Positions 39,835 to 49,937 of a stretch of DNA of 64,000 nt are shown piece after piece. The translations under genes and the position numbers were made by a program. Under the pieces are notes generated by a model. That model had not been told where the DNA came from, did not search any database, and saw only the letters and a program-made list of their open reading frames with translations. Origin of the DNA: Candidatus Multivorans sp. (GTDB lineage Bacteria > Acidobacteriota > Thermoanaerobaculia > Multivoradales > Multivoraceae); the NCBI GenBank assembly GCA_965247095.1, contig OZ251997.1, positions 1,184,001 through 1,248,000 of the forward strand, in the 5' to 3' direction. Within the stretch, counting starts at the first letter, position 1; every line of letters begins with the position of its first letter.

Positions 39835-40668
39835 ATGACGCCACGCATTCACCGTCGCCTCGCCGTCCTCGCCGCCGCCGTGCTATCGACCGCGGCCAGC
39901 CTCCACGCCGAACAGTACGTCCGCTACGAACACGAGGGCGCCGTCTCCTGGGGGCGTCTCGACGGCTCGACCATCCACCAGCTCGACGGGGCGCCCTACG
40001 CCGGCGGCTCGGCGACGGGCACGACCGTCGCGGCGGCAGACACCCGGCTACAGGCGCCGGTCGCGCCGAGCAAGGTGTTCGCGGTCGGCCTCAACTACCG
40101 CAGCCACCTCGGCAACGCCGAACCGGCCAAGGAACCGCCGATCTTCCTCAAGCTGCCGACCAGCATCACCGGCCACGAGCAGCCGATCGTGCTGCCCGAA
40201 GGGTCCGAGAACGTCCACTACGAAGCGGAACTCGTCCTGGTGGTCGGCAAGCGGCTCAAGAACGCCACCCCGGAAGAGGCCAAGGACGCCATCTTCGGCG
40301 TCACCTGCGGCAACGACGTCTCCGGCCGCAACTGGCAACGGGCCGATCTGCAGTGGTTCCGGGCCAAGGCCAGCGACACGTTCGGCCCGGTCGGCCCCGC
40401 GGTCGTGACCGGCGTCGACCCGGACGACCTGACTCTGCGCGGCCGCCACAACGGCGAAGTCGTCCAGGAGCAGACGACCGGCGATCTCCTCTTCGGCTCG
40501 GTGGCGATCGTCTCCTTCATCAGCCACTACGCGACGATCGACGCCGGCGACGTGATCTTCACCGGCACCCCCGGCAGCACGAAGGCGCTTGAGCCCGGAG
40601 ACACCTTCGAGGTCGAGCTCGAAGGTGTCTGCAAGCTCAAAAACCCGGTGGAGGCCGCGGGCGGCTAA
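39835..40668 (+). CDS. Fumarylacetoacetate hydrolase family protein with predicted signal peptide
   Basis: VGLNYRSH, HYEAEL, NDVS.R, KASDTFGPVGP, GDVIFTGTP. Confidence 0.9.
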   Translation: MTPRIHRRLAVLAAAVLSTAASLHAEQYVRYEHEGAVSWGRLDGSTIHQLDGAPYAGGSATGTTVAAADTRLQAPVAPSKVFAVGLNYRSHLGNAEPAKEPPIFLKLPTSITGHEQPIVLPEGSENVHYEAELVLVVGKRLKNATPEEAKDAIFGVTCGNDVSGRNWQRADLQWFRAKASDTFGPVGPAVVTGVDPDDLTLRGRHNGEVVQEQTTGDLLFGSVAIVSFISHYATIDAGDVIFTGTPGSTKALEPGDTFEVELEGVCKLKNPVEAAGG

Positions 40669-40700
40669 GCAAGCTCAGATCGACCAACCGCGGCTGCCGT

Positions 40701-41288
40701 TCAGGCGCGCGGCAACATCTCCACGGTTTCGCATAGCAGGACATCGCCTTCGCCACGCAGTTCGTTAGCGCGGCCGTAGAGCGTTGCGCCGACAGCTATA
40801 CCGGCCTTCCGGGCGATGAACTCGTCGGCTTGGAGACAAAAAAAGCCCGATGGCCTGGCGCGGAAAGCGATGCCCGCGCCAGCCAGGATCTCCCCGAAGG
40901 GGCGGACGGCCTCGATAAACCCCACACGCAACAGTGCCGGGAACGCATCCAACACGATGCGTATGGCGGCCAGTTCCACTACGCGACAGTCCCCGCCCTC
41001 GGTGTACAGCGCGACGAAGCGGCAGAGCGAGCGGTCGTCGACAAGTAGGTCATCGGCTATCAAGTCCACGGCCAGCGGTTGACGCCAGTGCGCCTCAAGT
41101 GTGGCCGTCATCCCGCTCTTGTGGACCAGGAGCGAGTGGTAGCTGCCGGGCACTTGCTCCGGAGGCAAGACATGGGTTGCCGGTACTTCCATCGACAGGT
41201 AACCCCAAAGCTCGCGGACCAGGGTTTCGACCTGATCGCCCGGCTCCTCCCCAATCGACCACGGTTGCCCCTCAGATTCGATGGCCAC
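40701..41288 (-). CDS. Chorismate-lyase/UTRA-fold hypothetical protein
   Basis: LLVH..GMTATLE, VELAAIRI, PFGEIL, YGR, VEMLP pattern; atypical codon usage. Confidence 0.55.
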   Translation of the reverse strand: MAIESEGQPWSIGEEPGDQVETLVRELWGYLSMEVPATHVLPPEQVPGSYHSLLVHKSGMTATLEAHWRQPLAVDLIADDLLVDDRSLCRFVALYTEGGDCRVVELAAIRIVLDAFPALLRVGFIEAVRPFGEILAGAGIAFRARPSGFFCLQADEFIARKAGIAVGATLYGRANELRGEGDVLLCETVEMLPRA

Positions 41289-41453
41289 GGATGCTACGCA
41301 GGTCCGACCCAGGGCCAGTGAAGCGGCTCAACCGGTTCCTCGGCGGATGGCTGGAATAGCGTGAATCCTCGGGACATGGAGCGATTACCCTCTAGCGTCG
41401 GCCACTTGAACACGGGCGTCTCACCCGCAGCCGGCGCGAAGGTGATGGCGGAG

Positions 41454-42065
41454 CTACGCCTTGGCGCTCGGACGCGTCGACACGGCCTGGTGCCAGCGGA
41501 ACAGGTTCGGCGTCTCCTCAGTGACCTTGAAGCCAGAGACCCGGCCGAAGTCGATCCCGATCAGGGCAGTGATGTCGGCGATCGAATACTCGTCGCCTGC
41601 GATGAACTCCCGGTCCGCGAGTTCGTCCTCGAGCCACGCCAGCCGCTTCGTCGCGTGGCGGCGCTGGGCCTCGCCGTAGTCGGGCACCTGTTCGATGCGG
41701 CCGGCGAAGAACTTGTGGGTGTTGCGGAACACCTGCATCATCGGCAGCGCGAGCTCGAGCTCCATCCTTCGCTGCCACATCTCGATGGTCGCCGCGTGCT
41801 TCGGATCGTCGCCGCCCATCAGGGCCGGCTCGGGCTGCAGGTTCTCGAAGTACCGGCAGATGGCAATCGACTCGGCGATGAAGGTGCCGTCGTCGAGTTC
41901 GAGCACCGGGACGCCGCCCATCGGGTTCTTGCTCAGGAACGGCTCCTGGCGGTTCTCGGAGGAAACCAGGTCGACCGGCACGATCGGCACCTCGATGCCC
42001 TTCTCGGCCAGGAAGATGCGCACACGGCGGCAGTTGGGGGCGGTGGCGGCTTCGTGTAGCTTCAT
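41454..42065 (-). CDS. Glutathione S-transferase family protein
   Basis: APNCRRVRIFLAEKGI, NPMGGVPVLE, ESIAICRY, SIADI. Confidence 0.92.
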   Translation of the reverse strand: MKLHEAATAPNCRRVRIFLAEKGIEVPIVPVDLVSSENRQEPFLSKNPMGGVPVLELDDGTFIAESIAICRYFENLQPEPALMGGDDPKHAATIEMWQRRMELELALPMMQVFRNTHKFFAGRIEQVPDYGEAQRRHATKRLAWLEDELADREFIAGDEYSIADITALIGIDFGRVSGFKVTEETPNLFRWHQAVSTRPSAKA

Positions 42066-42235
42066 GGCGTGCGAGGGTCTCCTGGTATTCGGAAGCTGAG
42101 GATGTTCGAGCGAGGGTCCTTGGGAGCGCGCGGAGTCTATCCCCAGTCGTCGGCCGGCCGACCCGCGGACACGTATGCTCGGACCAGGTTGCACCCGCTC
42201 GGTTTCGCCCCGCAATCAACCCCGTCGAGGCCTCG

Positions 42236-43033
42236 ATGATCGACCTGCTTCTCCAGCCGTCCTTCTGGGCGGCGCTGTTCTCGGTGACGCTGATTCAGAT
42301 CGCGCTGGGCGCCGACAACCTGATCATCATCACGATCATCGCCAACAAGCTGCCGGCCACCCGCCGCAAGCAGGCGATCCAGCTCGGCCTGGTGCTGGCG
42401 ATGGCGCTTCGCATCCTGCTGCTCCTGGTCGTCAGCCTGGTGTTGCAGGCCGCGACCACTCAACTCTGGCACCCCGACGGCTCGTTCCTGGGCGTCGAGG
42501 TTTCCGGCCAGGTCGACGGCAAGTCCCTGGTGCTGGTGATCGGCGGTCTGTTCCTGATCTGGAAGGGCGTCAAGGAGCTCCGGATCAAGCTGAAGGCGGT
42601 GGAGCACGAGGTCGCGAAGGCGAGCCGGTTCGCCGAGGTCGTGACCTTGATCGTCGGCATGAACCTGATCTTCTCGGTCGACTCCATCCTCACCGTCGTC
42701 GGCATGACCGACATCTTCGCGGTCATGGTCGGCTCGGTGCTCATCTCGGTGGCGTTGATGCTGCTCTTCGCCGGCCCGATCTCGCGGTTCCTCAGCTCGA
42801 ACCCCGAGTTCGAGATCCTCGGCCTGTTCGTCCTCCTGCTGATCGGCTTCGTGCTCATCCTCGAGGGCGGCCACAGCGCCCACCTGACCGTGAACGGCGC
42901 CCCGACCCCGTATATCCCCCAGTGGATCGTCATCTTCATCCTGCTGCTCATGTTCGGGCTCGACCTCTACCAGAACTGGTGGGAGCGCAAGCAGGAGGTG
43001 GATGCGGTGGAGCTCCACCGGCGACGGAAGTAG
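42236..43033 (+). CDS. TerC family membrane protein
   Basis: LGADNL, FSVDSILT..G, multiple TM segments. Confidence 0.88.
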   Translation: MIDLLLQPSFWAALFSVTLIQIALGADNLIIITIIANKLPATRRKQAIQLGLVLAMALRILLLLVVSLVLQAATTQLWHPDGSFLGVEVSGQVDGKSLVLVIGGLFLIWKGVKELRIKLKAVEHEVAKASRFAEVVTLIVGMNLIFSVDSILTVVGMTDIFAVMVGSVLISVALMLLFAGPISRFLSSNPEFEILGLFVLLLIGFVLILEGGHSAHLTVNGAPTPYIPQWIVIFILLLMFGLDLYQNWWERKQEVDAVELHRRRK

Positions 43034-43135
43034 GGCCAGCAAAGCCGACGTCGGGGCGGTGTACGATCGCCGCCCTTGCGCCCGGGGCGCTCACCTGCAG
43101 CGCAGCAAACTTCACTGCAATCTACTGGATCCGCC

Positions 43136-43840
43136 ATGCCAGAGAACGAGTCCGCCAGTTCCACAAAACCCACCCTCGCCATGCTCGGCGCCACCGGCGA
43201 CCTGGGCGGCGGCTTGGCCCGGCGCTGGGCCGCAGCCGGCTACCCCATTGTCATCGGCTCGCGCTCGCGCGAGAAGGGCGCCGGCTCAGCCGAGGACGTG
43301 AACAAGCAACTCACCGCGCTCGGTCTGGCCCCCACGGTGCGTGGCACGGACAATCTGACCGCCGCCGAAGAGGGCGACCTCGTCGTCCTGACCGTGCCGT
43401 ACGCCTTTCAACGAGCCACCCTGGAGGGGGTCCGCGACGCGCTCCAGGGGAAGATCCTGATCGACTGCACGGTGCCGCTCGTGCCGCCGAAGGTGGCGCG
43501 CGTGCAGCTCCCCGACGAGGGCTGCGCCGCGGTCATCGCGCAACAGACTGTCGGCCCGGACGTGCGGGTGGTCTCGGCCTTCCAGAACGTCGGCGCCGCG
43601 CACCTGCGTGAGGACGACGCGGTGGACTGCGATGTGCTGGTGACCGGCGACGACCCGGCCGCACGCGCCAAGGTCATCGAACTGATCGAAGCGCTGGGGA
43701 TGCGAGGCTGGCACGCCGGACCGCTTGACAACGCGGCCGCCGCCGAAGCGCTGACATCCATCCTGATCCAGTTGAACCGGAAGTACGGCATCGCCGGCGC
43801 GGGGATCCGGATCACCGGCGAACCGACCCGCACGCCCTGA
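43136..43840 (+). CDS. npdG: NADPH-dependent F420 reductase
   Basis: GATGDLGGGLA, IGSR, VVSAFQNV, GAGIRITG; sits at the head of the cof operon. Confidence 0.9.
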   Translation: MPENESASSTKPTLAMLGATGDLGGGLARRWAAAGYPIVIGSRSREKGAGSAEDVNKQLTALGLAPTVRGTDNLTAAEEGDLVVLTVPYAFQRATLEGVRDALQGKILIDCTVPLVPPKVARVQLPDEGCAAVIAQQTVGPDVRVVSAFQNVGAAHLREDDAVDCDVLVTGDDPAARAKVIELIEALGMRGWHAGPLDNAAAAEALTSILIQLNRKYGIAGAGIRITGEPTRTP

Positions 43841-43929
43841 AGACCGTTGGCCCGCGGCCGCCTCCCACGCGGCACTCGCCGCGACACGGCGGGTAGCCTT
43901 CGGACTCCGACCCTCGCACCTCCTGCACC

Positions 43930-44691
43930 ATGCTGAGCATCAAGTCCGTACCCGACCTTCCCCAGGTCCAACCCGGTGACGATCTCCCGGCCTTGATCGC
44001 CGAAGCGATGGGTCGCGCTCGCCTGAAGTTGCGAGCCGGCGATGTGCTCGTCGTCGCGCAGAAGGTCGTCTCCAAGGCCGAGGGGCGGATCGTCGAGTTG
44101 GCTACCGTGGAGCCCCGCGCCGAGGCCGTTCGGCTCGCAGGGGAGGTCGACAAGGATCCCCGCCTGATCGAGCTGATCCTTCGCGAGTCGAACGAAGTGC
44201 TGCGTACTGCGCCCGGCGTGATCGTCGTCGAACACCGGCTCGGTCTCGTGCTGGCGAATGCCGGCATCGACCAGTCGAACCTCCGACCCGGCGACGGCCA
44301 CGGTTACGCCCTGCTCCTGCCCGAGGATCCGGACGCTTCGGCGGCCGCGCTGCGCGACGCCCTGACGGCCCACTTCGGAATCGGCAACATCGCCGTCATC
44401 GTCAACGACAGCGTCGGCCGCGCCTGGCGGCTGGGAACCGTCGGTCTGGCTATCGGCGTCGCCGGCATGACGGCGCTCTGGGACCTGCGCGGCGAGCGCG
44501 ACCTGTTCGACCGCGAGCTCCTGGTTTCCGAGACCGGCATCGCCGACCAGGTCGCGAGCGCCGCCCAGATCGTCCAGGGCGAGGGCGCCGAGGGCACGCC
44601 GGTGGTCCGGGTCCGCGGTCTGCCGGAGCTCGGGCCGGCCCAGACCGCCCGCGCCCTGCTCCGACCACGCAACCAGGACCTGTTCCGGTGA
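43930..44691 (+). CDS. cofE: Coenzyme F420-0:L-glutamate ligase
   Basis: AQKVVSKAEG, ANAGIDQSN, DSVGRAWR.G, DLFR. Confidence 0.93.
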   Translation: MLSIKSVPDLPQVQPGDDLPALIAEAMGRARLKLRAGDVLVVAQKVVSKAEGRIVELATVEPRAEAVRLAGEVDKDPRLIELILRESNEVLRTAPGVIVVEHRLGLVLANAGIDQSNLRPGDGHGYALLLPEDPDASAAALRDALTAHFGIGNIAVIVNDSVGRAWRLGTVGLAIGVAGMTALWDLRGERDLFDRELLVSETGIADQVASAAQIVQGEGAEGTPVVRVRGLPELGPAQTARALLRPRNQDLFR

Positions 44692-45695
44692 ACACCGTCC
44701 CCGGCCGCTGCCTCGCGCTGTCGGGCGGCGTCGGCGGCGCCAAGCTCGCCCTCGGGCTGTCGCGGGTCCTGCCGCCGGAGGCCCTGACCGTCGTCTGCAA
44801 CACCGCCGACGACTTCGACCATCTGGGCCTCCGGATCTGCCCCGATCTCGACACGGTGATGTACACGCTTGCCGGGGTCGCCAACCGCGTCACCGGTTGG
44901 GGACAGGCGCACGAGACCTGGTCGTTCCTCGAGGCGCTTTCGCAGCTCGGCGGAGAGACCTGGTTCCGGCTCGGCGACCGCGACCTCGCGACCCATGTGG
45001 AGCGGACCCACAGGCTCAGCGCCGGCGAGAGCCTGACCGCGGTGACCGCCCGCCTGTGCCGGGGACTCGGCGTCGAAGCCGAGGTCCTCCCGATGAGCGA
45101 CGACCCGGTCCGGACCGTCGTCCGCACCCCGTCCGGCGAACTGAGCTTCCAGCACTACTTCGTGCGCGACCGCTGCGCCCCGGCGGTGACCGGGTTTCGC
45201 TTCGACGGCATCGAACGCGCACGTGCGGCGCCGGACTTCATCGCGGCGTTGGAAGACGATGCGACGGCGGCGGTCGTCATCTGCCCTTCAAACCCGTTCG
45301 TCAGCGTCGATCCGGTGCTGGCGTTGCCGGGAGTCGAAACGGCGCTGCGCGACACGCCGGCGCCGGTGATCGCGGTCTCACCCATCGTCGGCGGCCAAGC
45401 CATCAAGGGTCCGGCGGCCAAGATGATGGCCGAACTGCAGATGCCCGTGACGGCGGCGGCCGTTGCCCGCCACTACCGGGAGCGCGACCTTCTAGACGGC
45501 TTCATCGTCGACCACGCGGACGCTTCCGAGGCAGCGGAGATCGAGCGCACCGGTCTGCCGACCCTGGTCACCGGCACGGTGATGGAAAGCCTGGCCGACC
45601 GGGAGCGTCTGGCGCGTGAGGTGCTCGACTTCGCCGGCACACTGGACCTCCGGCCGAGCGTTCCGGTCGAAACGGCGCGGGACACCGAACCGTGA
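44688..45695 (+). CDS. cofD: 2-phospho-L-lactate/PEP transferase CofD (FbiA)
   Basis: LSGGVGGAKL, CPDLDTVMYTL, WFRLGDRDLATH, PSNPFVS. Confidence 0.95.
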   Translation: MNTVPGRCLALSGGVGGAKLALGLSRVLPPEALTVVCNTADDFDHLGLRICPDLDTVMYTLAGVANRVTGWGQAHETWSFLEALSQLGGETWFRLGDRDLATHVERTHRLSAGESLTAVTARLCRGLGVEAEVLPMSDDPVRTVVRTPSGELSFQHYFVRDRCAPAVTGFRFDGIERARAAPDFIAALEDDATAAVVICPSNPFVSVDPVLALPGVETALRDTPAPVIAVSPIVGGQAIKGPAAKMMAELQMPVTAAAVARHYRERDLLDGFIVDHADASEAAEIERTGLPTLVTGTVMESLADRERLAREVLDFAGTLDLRPSVPVETARDTEP

Positions 45696-46402
45696 CCACC
45701 GGCGGTCTCTGGACCGTCCTGCCGGTCAAGGCCTGGGCCGAGGCCAAACGGCGGTTGTCCCCGGTGTTGAGCGGCGAGGAGCGCCAGGAACTCGCCCGCT
45801 CGATGCTCGACGACCTGCTGGGGGCGATCGGGGGCGCCGCCCGGGTCACCGGCGTGCTCGCCGTCACCTCGGACCGGGTGGCCGGCGAGTACCTGGCCAG
45901 CGCCGGCTGCGAGATCCTTCCCGAACCCCGGCGCGGCCTGAACCGGGCGCTGGGCACTGCCGCCGAGGAACTCAAGGGCCGCGGCGCATCGACGATGCTG
46001 GTGTTGCCGGTCGACCTGCCGCTGGTCACGGCACGGGACCTGGACGCACTCTGCGCACACCATCGGGAGAGCCGGAACGAGGGTGGCGGGGATCGGGCCG
46101 CGCGAGCCGCAGTCACCGTCGCGCCCGACCGTTTCCGTTCCGGCACCAACGCCCTCGTCTGTTCGCCGCCCGGCTGTATTCCGTTCCGCTTCGGCGACGG
46201 CAGTTTCCACGCGCATCTACGCGAAGCGGAACGGTCCGGCGCCGCGGCCTCCAGCCTCGACCTCGACGGACTGAGCCTCGACGTCGACCATCCGGACGAC
46301 CTGGCCGAACTGCTGCGCCGCGACAATTCGAGCCGGAGCTCCCGCTTTCTAAACGCCATCGGCACAGCAAAGCGGCTGGAAGCCCGCCAAAGTCCGGGCT
46401 GA
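45692..46402 (+). CDS. cofC: Phospholactate/PEP guanylyltransferase CofC (FbiD)
   Basis: PVK...AKRRLS, GLN.AL, DLPL, GTNAL, DVD.PDDL. Confidence 0.92.
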   Translation: MTTGGLWTVLPVKAWAEAKRRLSPVLSGEERQELARSMLDDLLGAIGGAARVTGVLAVTSDRVAGEYLASAGCEILPEPRRGLNRALGTAAEELKGRGASTMLVLPVDLPLVTARDLDALCAHHRESRNEGGGDRAARAAVTVAPDRFRSGTNALVCSPPGCIPFRFGDGSFHAHLREAERSGAAASSLDLDGLSLDVDHPDDLAELLRRDNSSRSSRFLNAIGTAKRLEARQSPG

Positions 46403-46446
46403 TACCGTTCGCTCTCCGCCGTTCCCGCCTGGCCTGCAGATCAACC

Positions 46447-48978
46447 GTGTCCCTGCCGACTACCACCTATCTCGACCGCCGTCCGACGCCGGACGAGGCG
46501 CGCGCGCTCAGCCAGATCGGTTCGGGCAACGGTCTCGACGAGCTGATCGAGGTCGCCGGCGAACTCCGCGACCAGGGCCACGGCAATCTCGTCTCCTACT
46601 CGCGCAAGGTGTTCCTGCCACTGACCCACCTGTGCCGGGACATCTGCCACTACTGCGTCTTCGCCCGAGCCCCGAAGAAGGGCGAGGCGGCCTACATGCC
46701 GCTCGACACCGTCCTGAACCAGGCCCGCCTCGCCGCCGCCGCCGGCTGCAAGGAAGCGCTGTTCACGCTCGGCGACAAGCCGGAGTTGCGGTACAAGGCC
46801 GCCCGCGAAGGCCTGGCCGAACTCGGCCACGACACGACCCTCTCCTACCTGCGCGAGGCCGCCGAACGGGTACTGACCGAGACCGGACTCCTGCCCCACC
46901 TGAACCCGGGCCTGATGACCGCCGAGGACATCGAGCGTCTACGCCCCGTGTCGCCGTCCATGGGCATCATGCTTGAGAGCGTCTCGATGCGCCTGCACGA
47001 GAAGGGCCAGGCGCACTACGGCTGCCCCGACAAGGTGCCGGCGCGACGGCTGGAGACGCTCCGGCTGGCAGGCGAGGCGCGGGTGCCCTTCACCTCCGGC
47101 ATCCTGATCGGCATCGGCGAGACCCGCGAGGAACGGATCGACGCCCTGCTCGCGATGCGCGACCTGCACGACGAGTACGGGCATATCCAGGAAGTCATCA
47201 TCCAGAACTTCCGCGCCAAGCCCGAGACCCGGATGGCGGACGCACCCGAGCCGACGCTCGAGGATCTGCTGTGGACGATCGCCGCGGCCCGCCTCGTGCT
47301 CGGACCCGAGATGCACATCCAGGCGCCGCCCAACCTGAGCCCGGGCGTCCTGCCGCAACTCGTCGCGGCCGGCATCGACGACTGGGGCGGCGTGTCGCCG
47401 GTCACGCCCGACTTCGTCAACCCGGAGGCGCCCTGGCCGCACCTCGAACGCCTGGCCGAAGAGACCGCCTCCGCCGGCAAGACCCTGATCGAGCGGCTGA
47501 CCGTCTACCCGGAGTGGGCTATCTGTGGGGAGCGTTGGCTCGACGACGGCCGCGCCCAGAGCCGCGACATCCGCCGCATGGGCGGTGTCCGCGCCGCAGT
47601 GCTGCAGCGGATCGACGCCACCGGGCTGCCCCGCACGGACGAATGGTCTCCCGGCGAACAGACGCCGCCCCCACGCGAGCTGCTGGACGCGGTCACGTGG
47701 CCGGCGGGCTGGAACGGCAATGGCAGCAGGAACGGCAACGGCGGCCGGGCGACCATCCAGGCGATCCTCGACCGCGCCCGCGCCGGCGAGGACCTGACCG
47801 AGGGCCAGATCGCCACCCTGTTCGGCGCCCGCGGCGCCGACTTCACCGCTGTCTGTTCCGCCGCCGACCAGATCCGTCGCGACACCAACGGCGACACGGT
47901 GACCTACGTCGTCAACCGGAACATCAACTACACGAACGTCTGCTACTTCAAGTGCCAGTTCTGCGCCTTCTCCAAGGGGAAGCTGAGCGAGAACCTGCGC
48001 GGCAAGCCCTACGACCTCGAACTCGAGGAGGTCATGCGCCGCACCGTGGAGGCGTGGCAGCGCGGCGCGACCGAAGTCTGCATGCAGGGCGGCATCCATC
48101 CGGACTACACGGGCAAGACCTACATCGGCATCTGCCGCGCGGTGAAGGAGGCGGTGCCTGAGATCCACGTCCACGCCTTCTCGCCGCTCGAGGTCTGGCA
48201 GGGGGCGGCGACACTCGACATGCCGCTGCGCGACTACCTGCTGCGCCTCAAGGACGCGGGGCTGGGCACCCTCCCCGGCACCGCCGCCGAGATCCTCGAC
48301 GACGAGATTCGCGCGATCATCTGCCCCGACAAGCTGAACACGGACCAGTGGCTCGAGGTGATGGAGACCGCCCACGGCATCGGCTACCGCACCACGGCGA
48401 CGATCATGTACGGCCACGTCGACCGTCCCCGCAACTGGGCCCGCCACCTGCTCCGCCTGCGCAACCTGCAGAAGCGCACCCGCGGCTTCACAGAGTTCGT
48501 GCCCCTGCCCTTCGTGCACATGGAGGCGCCGCTCTACCTCAAGGGCCGCGCACGCAAGGGACCGACCTTCCGCGAGGCCGTGCTCATGCACGCGGTTGCC
48601 CGCCTCGGGCTGCACCCCTGGTTCGAGAACATCCAGGCCTCCTGGGTCAAGATGGGGCCGGAGGGCGTCGCGGCCTGCCTCCGGGCCGGCGTGAACGACC
48701 TCGGCGGCACGCTGATGAACGAGAGCATCACCCGCGCCGCCGGCGCCGAGCATGGCCAGGAACTGCCGCCGTCGGAGATGGAGACGCTGATCCGAAGCGC
48801 CGGCCGCATCCCGAGACAGCGGACGACCCCGTACGGCACGCCGCCGCCGGAACGGGTCGAGGCGTCCTTCCAGGCCGCGGAGCTGGCCGCCGTCCTGAAC
48901 ACGCCGGCCCACCGCTACGAGCGCACCGCCCCGCTGCGGCTCGTGCGGCCGGGTCTGGAAGCGGACGGTAGCGGCTAG
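46447..48978 (+). CDS. fbiC: Bifunctional FO synthase FbiC (CofG+CofH fusion)
   Basis: Two radical-SAM motifs, CRDICHYC and CYFKCQFC; DDWGGVSP; GGTLMNESITRAAGA. Confidence 0.95.
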   Translation: MSLPTTTYLDRRPTPDEARALSQIGSGNGLDELIEVAGELRDQGHGNLVSYSRKVFLPLTHLCRDICHYCVFARAPKKGEAAYMPLDTVLNQARLAAAAGCKEALFTLGDKPELRYKAAREGLAELGHDTTLSYLREAAERVLTETGLLPHLNPGLMTAEDIERLRPVSPSMGIMLESVSMRLHEKGQAHYGCPDKVPARRLETLRLAGEARVPFTSGILIGIGETREERIDALLAMRDLHDEYGHIQEVIIQNFRAKPETRMADAPEPTLEDLLWTIAAARLVLGPEMHIQAPPNLSPGVLPQLVAAGIDDWGGVSPVTPDFVNPEAPWPHLERLAEETASAGKTLIERLTVYPEWAICGERWLDDGRAQSRDIRRMGGVRAAVLQRIDATGLPRTDEWSPGEQTPPPRELLDAVTWPAGWNGNGSRNGNGGRATIQAILDRARAGEDLTEGQIATLFGARGADFTAVCSAADQIRRDTNGDTVTYVVNRNINYTNVCYFKCQFCAFSKGKLSENLRGKPYDLELEEVMRRTVEAWQRGATEVCMQGGIHPDYTGKTYIGICRAVKEAVPEIHVHAFSPLEVWQGAATLDMPLRDYLLRLKDAGLGTLPGTAAEILDDEIRAIICPDKLNTDQWLEVMETAHGIGYRTTATIMYGHVDRPRNWARHLLRLRNLQKRTRGFTEFVPLPFVHMEAPLYLKGRARKGPTFREAVLMHAVARLGLHPWFENIQASWVKMGPEGVAACLRAGVNDLGGTLMNESITRAAGAEHGQELPPSEMETLIRSAGRIPRQRTTPYGTPPPERVEASFQAAELAAVLNTPAHRYERTAPLRLVRPGLEADGSG

Positions 48979-48994
48979 AACCTACGACCCGGAT

Positions 48995-49024
48995 CCTGGG
49001 CACGCGGGCATCCTGCCCGCATCC
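48995..49024. repeat. REP-like palindrome (copy 2)
   Basis: CCTGGGCAC-GCGGGCA-TCC-TGCCCGC-ATCC. Confidence 0.65.
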
Positions 49025-49100
49025 AGCGCGAAAGCGCCGGCTTCGCTGGCGCCGGCATGAGGAAGGCCTGGAGTAGGATCTCCGCTGCAGGAGGCTTCTC

Positions 49101-49379
49101 ATGGAACTCGCGATCACCAAGGCCAAAGCGCGCCTATCCGAGCTCGTCACCGCCGCTCAGAACGGCGAGCGTGTCGTCATCACGAAGCACGGCGAACCCG
49201 CCGTCGAGCTCATCGGCTGCCGCAAGCGCCGCCGCGGCGGGTTCGACTGGAAGAAGCTTGAGGCCAACCGCCGCCGGCTCGGTATCAAGGAGCCCTCGCC
49301 TGAAGAAGCGGCGGCCTGGAAAGCCGACTTCGAAGACGCCGCCTTCAGCAGGACGGTTCTAGGCCTCGACGAAGGCTAG
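49101..49379 (+). CDS. Phd/YefM-family antitoxin 1
   Basis: AKARLSELV..A..GE.VVITKHG.P. Confidence 0.9.
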   Translation: MELAITKAKARLSELVTAAQNGERVVITKHGEPAVELIGCRKRRRGGFDWKKLEANRRRLGIKEPSPEEAAAWKADFEDAAFSRTVLGLDEG

Positions 49380-49393
49380 TCGGCTAACCGTCG

Positions 49394-49789
49394 TTGCGCA
49401 TTCTTCTGGACACCTTCTATCTGTACCGTCTGATGACGGGCTACGGGCGGTTTCGCGATCCCGAGCGCCGCTTCTTCGACCAGAACGCTGCAGAGCTTCA
49501 CGTCAGTGCCGTGTCGATCTGGGAGATGCGGCTCAAGTACAACTCGCGACGCGCCTCGGGCGAGCGGAAGAGCCCATTCGACCCGAACGACGTTCTGGCC
49601 ACGCTTGAAGGGCTCGGCATCGCTCTCCTCACGATTACTCCACACCATTCCGCCCGGGAACTGGCTACTCCCATTCCCCACAGCGACCCCTTCGACGAAC
49701 TCCTCCTCGTGCAGGCCCAAGAGGAAGATCTCAGGCTCCTCACAACGGACCGTCAGCTCATCGATCACCCCCTCTCCGTCACGCCATAG
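49394..49789 (+). CDS. VapC/PIN toxin 1
   Basis: ILLDT, SAVSIWEM, H.DPFD.LL.VQA, LTTD. Confidence 0.9.
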   Translation: MRILLDTFYLYRLMTGYGRFRDPERRFFDQNAAELHVSAVSIWEMRLKYNSRRASGERKSPFDPNDVLATLEGLGIALLTITPHHSARELATPIPHSDPFDELLLVQAQEEDLRLLTTDRQLIDHPLSVTP

Positions 49790-49937
49790 ACGCCCGGCGC
49801 CTGAACGCGTTTCATCCTCGTCCCCGACGATCGGCACGCCGAGCGGTTCGTGGGCGCCCGGCGCGGAGCGCCGGCACCCGCGAGTCCCGCTACGCATCAC
49901 TGTCCTGCGTTCCCATCCCCGACGCAGGAGGTTCAGC

